Assembly (NCBI GenBank): GCA_017513085.1
Contig: JAFWDK010000006.1
Coordinates: 9,661 to 73,660 of the forward strand
DNA: 64,000 nt
Source: Clostridiales bacterium
GTDB lineage: Bacteria > Bacillota > Clostridia > Saccharofermentanales > Saccharofermentanaceae
Direction: 5' to 3'
A model generated the notes under the pieces. It ran no database searches. It was not told where the DNA came from and saw only the letters and a program-made list of their open reading frames with translations. Positions within the stretch are counted from its first letter, which is position 1. Each line of letters begins with the position of its first letter. Both the position numbers and the translations under genes were made by a program. This document shows positions 9,763-17,731 of the stretch, one piece after another.

Positions 9763-9978
9763 ATGAATAAAATTTATAAAAACAGACGCGCTTTTACGCT
9801 TGTAGAAATTGTAATTGTTGTTGCAATTATTGTTTTGTTAGCCGCTGTTACTGGACTGTCCGTTTCTGAGTATATTTCTAATGCTCACGCTGGTTCTGAA
9901 CAATTAAGTTCCAAGCGGGCCGCTTCCATCGCTAATAACTCGGCTATCAACGATAGTTTTGTTAATATCGGTTATTAA
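9763..9978 (+). CDS. Short type IV prepilin 2 (61 aa mature)
   Basis: KNRRA|FTLVEI; ATG 9763 after GGAGG. Confidence 0.9.
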   Translation: MNKIYKNRRAFTLVEIVIVVAIIVLLAAVTGLSVSEYISNAHAGSEQLSSKRAASIANNSAINDSFVNIGY

Positions 9979-9991
9979 GGAGGAAGTCGAC

Positions 9992-10516
9992 ATGTTTCGA
10001 AAGAATAAAGCCTCTAAGCGAGGATTCACCTTGCTTGAGACTATGTTATCTGTTGCACTCTTACTGATTGTTTCTCTCGTTGTTTATGAAGGTTTTTTGA
10101 CTGTTCTCAGCTACGCTGCAGATACTGCTCTTGCTGATCGAATGAGTAATACAAACCAGCAGACAATGTATGAGAATGTAAGTGATGTAACTAATGGTGC
10201 AAAGGTTGCTGCAGTTGATTCAGGCGCTGCTATTTACATTGATGGTGGCGGAATCAATAATGTATACATGGTTAAGGCGCTGACCGGTGATGCCGGTGCT
10301 TCTCACCTGACCGGTACTTCTCTGATGCAGGATCCTCAGTTCACAGCTACGACAAAGAGACATGGTTTCTATTATGTTTGCCGTGGTTGTCCTACACACA
10401 ATGAACCTCTTTCCTATTACGAAGTTGACGATGGTCACGGTGGAAAGAATATCGTTGGTAAGTGCCCTCATAAGGATGCTGGCGTTCAGTGTGGTTATTC
10501 CATCGTAATTAGATAA
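9992..10516 (+). CDS. Minor type IV pilin with C-terminal Cys/His cluster
   Basis: KRG|FTLLET; ATG 9992 after AAGGAGG; CRGCPTH...CPH...C. Confidence 0.88.
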   Translation: MFRKNKASKRGFTLLETMLSVALLLIVSLVVYEGFLTVLSYAADTALADRMSNTNQQTMYENVSDVTNGAKVAAVDSGAAIYIDGGGINNVYMVKALTGDAGASHLTGTSLMQDPQFTATTKRHGFYYVCRGCPTHNEPLSYYEVDDGHGGKNIVGKCPHKDAGVQCGYSIVIR

Positions 10517-10528
10517 GGAGGTGTAAAT

Positions 10529-11065
10529 ATGGTTAGATTAAGTAAAAAACAGTCTAATTCCCGTCGAATCGGATTTACACTCCTTGAGATGGTTATCGTT
10601 TTGGCGATTATGCTGATGCTCTTCACTTATCTGGTTGCAACCTTCCAGGTTATTGAAAAAGGTCATACCGGAACCGCTATGATTAACGATTTGCATGACT
10701 ACGCATCCATGAATTTGAAGGCTATTGCGAATAATCTTTGTAATGCTACTTCTGTTGGATCGACCGGTAAAACTATCAGCGTAGCTAGTGGAAATCATGT
10801 AGTTGTTGATTCTAACAAACTGCTTCCATCCTATACACAGTATCCTGGTAATGCAAATGGTGCTCGTTGGGCCTTAGGTTTGTCCTTTACTACTGATTCT
10901 GCTCGTAAGATGGTTTATGTAACGATTAAATTATACGATTCTAAGGAAGGCAACGCTCTTGCTTATACTGATAACATTTCAGTATACTGCCCAGGCTGTA
11001 AAGAAATGTCTGATATTACCAATGCCAACTCGATCGTATTCTCTACGGAACCGGTTATAACATAA
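10529..11065 (+). CDS. Minor type IV pilin
   Basis: RRIG|FTLLEM; RBS AAGGAGGTG; beta-rich globular part with CPGC. Confidence 0.88.
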   Translation: MVRLSKKQSNSRRIGFTLLEMVIVLAIMLMLFTYLVATFQVIEKGHTGTAMINDLHDYASMNLKAIANNLCNATSVGSTGKTISVASGNHVVVDSNKLLPSYTQYPGNANGARWALGLSFTTDSARKMVYVTIKLYDSKEGNALAYTDNISVYCPGCKEMSDITNANSIVFSTEPVIT

Positions 11066-11087
11066 CATAATTAGTCGCTAAGTATTG

Positions 11088-11116
11088 AAAGACCGCTCTT
11101 TGAGCGGTCTTTTTTT
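11088..11116 (+). terminator. Terminator after the minor pilin operon
   Basis: AAAGACCGCTC / GAGCGGTCTTT plus T-run. Confidence 0.9.
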
Positions 11117-11272
11117 GTTTCATTCTTCTGTTGCATTTCTTAGATTTCTTCAGAATTCTATTGCCACTGAATTTTCTTTGAAATTTCAGCATTTGCTATT
11201 GCTTTTTAAAAATTGTGGGAATATAATTATGTCATAAATGTGAATGAACTGTGAAAATCCAGGAGGTGTTTT

Positions 11273-11482
11273 ATGATTAAGTTAAACAAGAACAAGTGCG
11301 GCTTTACCTTGCTTGAAATGGTAATCGTTATTGCCATTATCGCAATTATCTCAATCGTTATCTTCTTTAGTGTAGTTGATTATCTAAATGCCAGTAAGAA
11401 AGCTAAAAGCAAGCTGCAAGAGCATAATGATATTATCGACAATGCTGCGGTTCAGATCTCCGCATGTACCGGTAAAACTTGA
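11273..11482 (+). CDS. Short type IV prepilin 3 (59 aa mature), paralogue of pilin 1
   Basis: KNKCG|FTLLEM; RBS AGGAGGTG; upstream TTGCTT-17-TATAAT; shares DYLNA and SKLxEHN with pilin 1. Confidence 0.9.
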   Translation: MIKLNKNKCGFTLLEMVIVIAIIAIISIVIFFSVVDYLNASKKAKSKLQEHNDIIDNAAVQISACTGKT

Positions 11483-11525
11483 TCCCACATTTTACGACAC
11501 TTCGTTTTTAATATTCACGTTTTAT

Positions 11526-11568
11526 TAGACAAGGCGCCATGGAGGCTGGTTGCCTTGTCTATTTTTTT
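11526..11568 (+). terminator. Terminator after pilin 3
   Basis: TAGACAAGGC / GCCTTGTCTA plus T7. Confidence 0.75.
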
Positions 11569-11824
11569 CTCAGTGGTTTCATCTTTCCCTGGATCCAAGG
11601 ATTTGCTTATAAATGCCCATATTTCATCTTTTTGCATTCAAAATGATACCAATATCATTTCGTGCCTACTCAAGCGAATTTGCACCATTCTGCGTGAAAT
11701 TTGCTGTACATCTGTTTGTGGAGTTACTTCTTTCTTTTTTTCTTCTATATGTATGTGTGCTTTAAAGCCTCTATTCATCTTATATTGTCTTATTCTTCTC
11801 ACCTTTAATGATCCTATACGTTGC

Positions 11825-11869
11825 ATATGAAAAGAGCGCACAAAATATGTATGTGCGCTCTTTTCATAT
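11825..11869. repeat. Perfect 18-bp inverted repeat (hairpin, possibly a second terminator)
   Basis: ATATGAAAAGAGCGCACA-9 nt-TGTGCGCTCTTTTCATAT. Confidence 0.8.
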
Positions 11870-11914
11870 ATGGCTTTAGTTTAGGGTCCTTTGCCCTTTA
11901 ACTTTTAGAATATT

Positions 11915-11938
11915 AAGGGGGGCTCTTTCGAGCCCCCC
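11915..11938 (-). terminator. Terminator-like hairpin after the PilX-like gene
   Basis: GGGGGGCTC-GAAA-GAGCCCCCC on the minus strand, about 30 nt after the stop codon. Confidence 0.7.
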
Positions 11939-11967
11939 AAATAAATCACTTATCTTTGCAGTAGATC

Positions 11968-13842
11968 TTAGTTGTAATAGAACTGATAATCTTCAGCAGA
12001 GTAGCAAGATGTCAACGGTTTCGGACCTGTATCACCATCGTTCGGACCCGGGCAATATGCCATGTTGAGATTATCGGAACTGCCCTGCAGTACTTTTACA
12101 GCCTCGAAACGGCCATAGAAGTTTACGTTGTCCTTGAGTTCCAATGTACTAGCATCTGCTCCACGTCCACCGAGGCAGATATAAGCATCAACTACGCAAG
12201 CACGAGCTGCTGATACAAAGTTCTGACCCATACCAAGAATGTAAGCTGCCGGCTTTGTTCCGCTAACTGCCTTAACTGCTGCCTGGTGCTCAGCCTGGTG
12301 CCAGTCTTCACTTACGTGCTGTGTAGAAACGATACCGCATGTTCTACCCATGTAAACGAAACCACACTGATCGTCCATTACGAAATTGACACCCTTATTC
12401 AATACGATCTTAAGTTCATTATCGAACTCATTGGATACCTGAATATAGAAATCGTGGAAAGTTGTATTACCTGTCATTGTAATTGTGCAATCGCCCTTGG
12501 AAAGATCGATCTTCATAACACCGGTGCTATATGTACCGGACATACGATAGTTCTTACCACCATCTTTAGTAACAACTGCTCCACCGTAACCACCGGAAGC
12601 AAGCTGCTCACCACCGGATACTCGATAAGCTTCCATCTCCTCAGAAGTCGGGACCTGTCTGCCGGCAGCCTTCATGATCTCACCATTGTTTGCCATGTAG
12701 TCTGCACCAGTAAACTTCAGGTTATTATATTCAGCCTCTTCAACAGAACCGGCTGCAAGAGCACTTCTCTGGATAACTGTATTACCGTTAGCACTAACTG
12801 TAGCACCATCGTTAATAATTACGTTACCGCCCCAGTTACGATTAATCTTAATATTACTTCCGGAATCAGCTACCATATATGTGCAATAGCCATTACCCAT
12901 TGTGTAAGCATTAATCGTGATATCTGCATTATAGAAATATGCAGAATGTGCTTTCATGTTCAAACCACTCTCATTGGTCGCATTCGATCCATCAGCTTTA
13001 CGGAGAACATGCTGCACTCCGGAAACACCTTCATACGGAACGCCCAAGAAATAGAACGAGTGATTACCACGAATCTCAAGACCATTACCTGTAGACTGGA
13101 TGTCATAACCAGCGTTCGGGCCATAGAAGATAATGTCGTTGTAGTACAGAGCACCCTGACCACCCTTTACGATACCTGTGTAAACAACACGGTTCTGGAA
13201 AGAGGAAGCGGATTCGTTAGATACATTAGCTGTACCATGGAATACTGTAAAGGAGCGAGGGTCGTTTACGAAGAGCTTCGGAGAATTATTCATAACGCCA
13301 TCCTCACCTGTTGTAACCATGTTTGTGCAGATTTCCGGAGTCGGGGCCGGCGGTGTGTACTTAAGACGAACACGCAGGTTCTCGGAATTTCCGTCAAGAG
13401 TGGTTACATCAATGATAGTGTGGAAATCCAAGTAAAGATCTTCACTACCATCAACTTTAGAAACTTCACAAGTTGTGCTGCTCTGTGTTGATCCTGCAAG
13501 ACCAGGAGCGATATTCAAACCGCTTGTAGCACCGGCAGAAGCACTCGGTGAAGTTGTGTTTGCTCCACGGATCGTCAATGTGGAATTGACCGCACCCTGG
13601 ATCATCTTATCAGTAATTTCCTGATTCTCAATTGCATCGATCACGGTTTCAGCTGCACTGATAAGAGTCAATCTTTCCTGGCTCAACTCGGCGTCAACAT
13701 AGTAACGAGATCTACTTGCAATGGTAATCGTCAATGCGGATGAAATAAGAATAAGGGACATACCGAAGATTACGAGAACGAGTAGCAACATACCACCCTT
13801 CTTGTTGTTCTGATGTCTCTTACTTGTAGGTAAGAATTTCAT
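11968..13842 (-). CDS. Large PilX/GspK-like minor pilin with a ~430-aa accessory domain (putative tip adhesin)
   Basis: NNKKG|GMLLLVLVIF: basic leader, Gly, hydrophobic helix lacking Glu5; PPAPTPE linker; Gly/Asn/Thr-rich beta domain. ATG 13842 after GGAGG. Confidence 0.75.
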   Translation of the reverse strand: MKFLPTSKRHQNNKKGGMLLLVLVIFGMSLILISSALTITIASRSRYYVDAELSQERLTLISAAETVIDAIENQEITDKMIQGAVNSTLTIRGANTTSPSASAGATSGLNIAPGLAGSTQSSTTCEVSKVDGSEDLYLDFHTIIDVTTLDGNSENLRVRLKYTPPAPTPEICTNMVTTGEDGVMNNSPKLFVNDPRSFTVFHGTANVSNESASSFQNRVVYTGIVKGGQGALYYNDIIFYGPNAGYDIQSTGNGLEIRGNHSFYFLGVPYEGVSGVQHVLRKADGSNATNESGLNMKAHSAYFYNADITINAYTMGNGYCTYMVADSGSNIKINRNWGGNVIINDGATVSANGNTVIQRSALAAGSVEEAEYNNLKFTGADYMANNGEIMKAAGRQVPTSEEMEAYRVSGGEQLASGGYGGAVVTKDGGKNYRMSGTYSTGVMKIDLSKGDCTITMTGNTTFHDFYIQVSNEFDNELKIVLNKGVNFVMDDQCGFVYMGRTCGIVSTQHVSEDWHQAEHQAAVKAVSGTKPAAYILGMGQNFVSAARACVVDAYICLGGRGADASTLELKDNVNFYGRFEAVKVLQGSSDNLNMAYCPGPNDGDTGPKPLTSCYSAEDYQFYYN

Positions 13843-13958
13843 CTTAATTGCCTCCATAATAAATCTTTGTGTCAGTTCGGTTTATTGTTATGTTTGGTTA
13901 TACTTAATTATCATTATATTTAGATAGTTGCAAAAATAAACCCTCTCGTACGGAATGT

Positions 13959-14996
13959 TCACATTTGTTCACAATTTTGTTCGTTTTCATCGCACCTTTC
14001 TGGAAATTCCGCAATTTCTTTCTGCTTTTTTAGTTTTTCTTCCCACTTTTCCTGAACATATCTAGCTGCATTACCATTTACAAATTTCAGCTGTCCGGTG
14101 CCATAAAATTCCTGCTGGGGCGTTTTCTTTGCACGGATCTTAGCTGTTAACGGTCCATGTTCCGAACATTGCCACAATGACATCCAAGTGTGCCCGGATG
14201 AAAACCACTCCAGTGTCGCTTCAATAGTCTCTGAACAGATCGGACAGAAAAGTTTTTCCTTCAAAGCCACGGCAACGGCTGCTTTTTCATTCGGGAAGAC
14301 TCCGGTTTTCCATTTAAATTGCGTATTCAGGTTCGGATTGGAAATGTACTGACGCAAATTTGGAAGATCCGAGGAATCTTGCTTGTCCGGGTTTCTCTTC
14401 ATGGCAAAATAATCCGTTAGTGTTTCTTTCAAGATCTTGGCTTCATAATACGCATCTTTATCTGCGCTATGAAAATCATCGGTTTGAGGAATACGATAAA
14501 ACTCAACCGCATAAGCGACACTTCTTTGTTGAGCTGTGTTTTCCGCCACACGACCAAACAGCGGCTGGATATCCAAAAAGCGCTCGTTCACTTCTGAAGA
14601 CAGTCCGTGGATCTTAAGGTTGGATTTCAGAATAGAAATATCAGAATCTCCCCAAGCACACAGAATATAGTCATCTCCGCACCAGTCTGCAAAGAATTGG
14701 TAGGCTTCCGGGAAAGTAACACCTCTCTTTAAATCATCAGTACTTTTGTTGATCACCCGGGATACCTGACGGTTCATGATTTTATAGAACTGTGGTCTGA
14801 CTATAATTGAAAAAGGCCGGGACAAGGAAAAAGACGTCTCGGAATCCATGGTCAGTTTCACCGCGCCGATCTCGATGATCTCCCCCGGGAGTTCCTTGGG
14901 ATTGACAGGAGCCGGCATATACGATATCGGCTGATTCCATTCCATATCGAATACCACAAACGTGATGGGAAATTGTATTTCATCTTTATTCATCAA
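13959..14996 (-). CDS. DEDDh 3'-5' exonuclease (ERI1/KapD-like) with C-terminal Zn-ribbon-like motif
   Basis: VFDMEWNQ, EIIEIGAVK, AWGDSDI, HSADKDA; CPIC...CSEHG. Confidence 0.85.
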   Translation of the reverse strand: MMNKDEIQFPITFVVFDMEWNQPISYMPAPVNPKELPGEIIEIGAVKLTMDSETSFSLSRPFSIIVRPQFYKIMNRQVSRVINKSTDDLKRGVTFPEAYQFFADWCGDDYILCAWGDSDISILKSNLKIHGLSSEVNERFLDIQPLFGRVAENTAQQRSVAYAVEFYRIPQTDDFHSADKDAYYEAKILKETLTDYFAMKRNPDKQDSSDLPNLRQYISNPNLNTQFKWKTGVFPNEKAAVAVALKEKLFCPICSETIEATLEWFSSGHTWMSLWQCSEHGPLTAKIRAKKTPQQEFYGTGQLKFVNGNAARYVQEKWEEKLKKQKEIAEFPERCDENEQNCEQM

Positions 14997-17731
14997 TTGT
15001 CATTTCCTTTCACGTTCTCATGCTCTTCCGTCTGCACTGTGTTCAGGTCTTTTTTCTTTCGGCCAAGTGTTCCTCCCGGCAAAGCTACGAAAACCGCCAG
15101 TAAGGAAAAGACACCCAACGAAATCAGACCGGTTTTATATTGTGGTGGTTCATACTTCATACTAACGTGGTGTTCACCCTCGGTCAAGTGAACGGCCAGG
15201 AAAGCTTTGCACCCTGCAAAAGGTTTCGTTTTCTCTCCATCTATGGTAATGTTCCAGCTATTATCATAGGGAATGGTAAAAAGAAGGTTTCCGGAAGAAG
15301 GCGCACTGATGTCTCCTTCGACTTGAGCCGCCGAAAACGAAGTGATGCGGAATGAAGTTTTTCCCAGAGTTTGCTCGAGTTTTTCTAAATTCTCTCTGTT
15401 TAAAGAAGACGCAGAAAAACGAATCGTCTCCGTTTTGTTTTCCGGGAACTCAAGGTGTATGGATAGATGATCCGCTCCTTCTTCGAAAGAGTCCAACACA
15501 AATACGCGCTTATGTGCATCGGTTATGCTTTCGGAATTCAAAGCTCCACCATCGGAATCATACTGTGTCACTTCCAGGATCACCTGCTGTTCACAGTTAC
15601 ATATAATATATATAGGAGATATAAAGTCGGCTTTAACAGTAAACTCCGCCTCGTTCATGTTCGGAGATGAGACGACCTTGAAACGATCCTCTTTCAGATC
15701 CTGTACATTTGTCAGTTTTTCGATAGAATAATCCAGTCTCTCTAGGACTTTGCCTTCTGAGAACAACCCTGTAAACTGATTTTGGTTTTCAAATGCCGGG
15801 AGTTTTCCATCTAGTGATTCGTAGACCATCTCGGATGATGTAAAGTAACCGATACTTCCCGTCTCCTGCCCCTTTTCCACACCTTCGTCATTGACTCTTC
15901 CGGAAACCGCAAACATTTTCTCCAGCCAAGGAACGTTTTTCACAACCTTGATCTTACCCGAAGCATTGCTCATGCCAAGTGCTTTTAGCGCAGAAACAAA
16001 AGCCTTCGACTGGATAAAGTATGCCGAATCCAAAGAAGGAACATGATAGATCAGTCCTATGTTTTTCTCCGTCGTCGAATCGAACACCACTCGTTCATAT
16101 GGCTCCTTCTGCTGGACCAATTCCTGAACTCGAGCCACTTCCTGCTCATCCGGCTTGTGATACGTTACCGCAGAGTTTAAGCGGTATACCCATTCTGTCT
16201 TCTGATTCGTCGACAGTGTTTTTCTCATACTTTCCGGCATCGGGTTTTCTTCAGGATCTACGATTGCATCTTTCATGGAACGAACCATATACCGATCCTT
16301 CAGCGGATGATACAGCGCAATCGTGCCTTCCACCAGAAGGATTCCCGCAAAAACCAAAGAAAGGAAACGGTTCTGCTCTTTGGTGTTTTTCTTTTCCAGA
16401 AGTGAGATGACCGCAAAATAGACTACAATAAAACAAACTACGTAATAGACTTTGTGGTCAGAATAGTTTACTGATGTTGAGATGGCACAGTTGATCACAA
16501 GGAAAGAAAGCAGCAGGGCTGTCACAATTCGGAGATTCTTGTGATTTTCGGTCAAAGCACCGTGTCCCAGCGCTCTTCCGCCTAAATACATGACCAGGAA
16601 CACGATCAGGAAGGCCTGAGGGTATGTGCTTGAAATCGGATAGTGCGCGCCACTGAACAAGAACGAGAGTAAGCGGTTGGCCATGATCACATAGAAGAAA
16701 AGCAAAGCGCTGAAAGAATAGAGCTTCTCTTTGAAAGGGATCCGCTCGGACAAACCGTAGAAGAAAACCAGCATCACAGAAACGATACCACAGTACACGC
16801 TGGGATATTGTGTGGAATCACTTAGTGAATAAAAACACGCATCAAAAGAAAATCTTTCGAATGTATCCCAGATCTTTATGTTGGTATTGAGGTCCTGCGG
16901 AAAGCGGAAGCTAAGATCGGTCAAAGAAGAATGCAGGATACCTTTTAATACCGGGAACCAGAAGATGAGTGTCATTCCCAGTGCAATCAGGATGCTTAGC
17001 GCAAAATCCTTGACATTGATCGCTCTTTTCCGGATGTCGATCTTCTTCTTTCTTTCTTCCATCATCAACAGTGGGAACAAAGCAACGGCGAACACGAGAA
17101 CATATACTCCCGCCTGCCAGGAGCTGATGATGATCATGGCAAAAGAAAATGTGAAAAGCCATTTTTTCTTGCCCTGAAGGAGATAATGTATGCCGAGGAT
17201 CAGGAGCGGCAGAAAGATCAAAGTATCCAGATACCACGGCTCCTCATAGAAAGCAAGCATATAGGCAGACAGACCATATGCAGTGGAAAAAGCAACCGTG
17301 ACCGGAGAAAGTATTTTTTCCTTTTTCCACAGGAGAACACAAAACGTCAAGGATGCAAATGCGCAACGCAACGCGAAAACGGCCTGTGTCACTTTCGGTA
17401 TATCGGCCTCGGAAAAGCACAGATACAAAAGCGTGAACGGGCTGGCGGCGTAACATGCGATCAGGTTCCAAAAACTGGTGCCTCCGGCATTGTTCCAGGT
17501 AAAAAAGATCGACTCACCGTTCTTCACTTTGTGGCAAAGTTCGGAAATAACCGGCAAATACGTCTCCTGCATGGAATTCGGCATATAGTATACATCTGTA
17601 AATGGAGCCAGATGAAGTCTCCATGCGGCAAAAAGAAGGATCAGTACCGGCAGAAAAAAGGCAGCAAGAAGACAGGCCTTGGCCTGTGGCGAAGAAATCG
17701 TTATGCGGTTATCTTTATAAAGTGACCTCAT
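14993..17731 (-). CDS. YfhO family membrane protein (GT-C glycosyltransferase-like), divergent copy
   Basis: FTWNNAGGTSFW...YAASPF, SVYCG, FTIPYDNSW...IDG, GEHHVSMKYEP; many TM helices. Confidence 0.85.
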   Translation of the reverse strand: MRSLYKDNRITISSPQAKACLLAAFFLPVLILLFAAWRLHLAPFTDVYYMPNSMQETYLPVISELCHKVKNGESIFFTWNNAGGTSFWNLIACYAASPFTLLYLCFSEADIPKVTQAVFALRCAFASLTFCVLLWKKEKILSPVTVAFSTAYGLSAYMLAFYEEPWYLDTLIFLPLLILGIHYLLQGKKKWLFTFSFAMIIISSWQAGVYVLVFAVALFPLLMMEERKKKIDIRKRAINVKDFALSILIALGMTLIFWFPVLKGILHSSLTDLSFRFPQDLNTNIKIWDTFERFSFDACFYSLSDSTQYPSVYCGIVSVMLVFFYGLSERIPFKEKLYSFSALLFFYVIMANRLLSFLFSGAHYPISSTYPQAFLIVFLVMYLGGRALGHGALTENHKNLRIVTALLLSFLVINCAISTSVNYSDHKVYYVVCFIVVYFAVISLLEKKNTKEQNRFLSLVFAGILLVEGTIALYHPLKDRYMVRSMKDAIVDPEENPMPESMRKTLSTNQKTEWVYRLNSAVTYHKPDEQEVARVQELVQQKEPYERVVFDSTTEKNIGLIYHVPSLDSAYFIQSKAFVSALKALGMSNASGKIKVVKNVPWLEKMFAVSGRVNDEGVEKGQETGSIGYFTSSEMVYESLDGKLPAFENQNQFTGLFSEGKVLERLDYSIEKLTNVQDLKEDRFKVVSSPNMNEAEFTVKADFISPIYIICNCEQQVILEVTQYDSDGGALNSESITDAHKRVFVLDSFEEGADHLSIHLEFPENKTETIRFSASSLNRENLEKLEQTLGKTSFRITSFSAAQVEGDISAPSSGNLLFTIPYDNSWNITIDGEKTKPFAGCKAFLAVHLTEGEHHVSMKYEPPQYKTGLISLGVFSLLAVFVALPGGTLGRKKKDLNTVQTEEHENVKGNDN

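Noticed and set aside
10376-10400. Haem c attachment motif in the minor pilin
   Set aside because: The sequence is CRGCPTH, not CxxCH.
9396-11482. Short pilins as electrically conductive e-pili
   Set aside because: Length and Y27 resemble Geobacter PilA-N, but each has only 4 F/Y/W residues (about 7%) with long aromatic-free stretches, and there are no cytochromes in the window.
12286-13491. Long antisense ORFs (12286-13491, 5435-6313, 7527-8636, 18403-19503, 28667-29608 and others)
   Set aside because: They shadow well-supported genes on the opposite strand and show no recognisable motifs; expected from codon bias.
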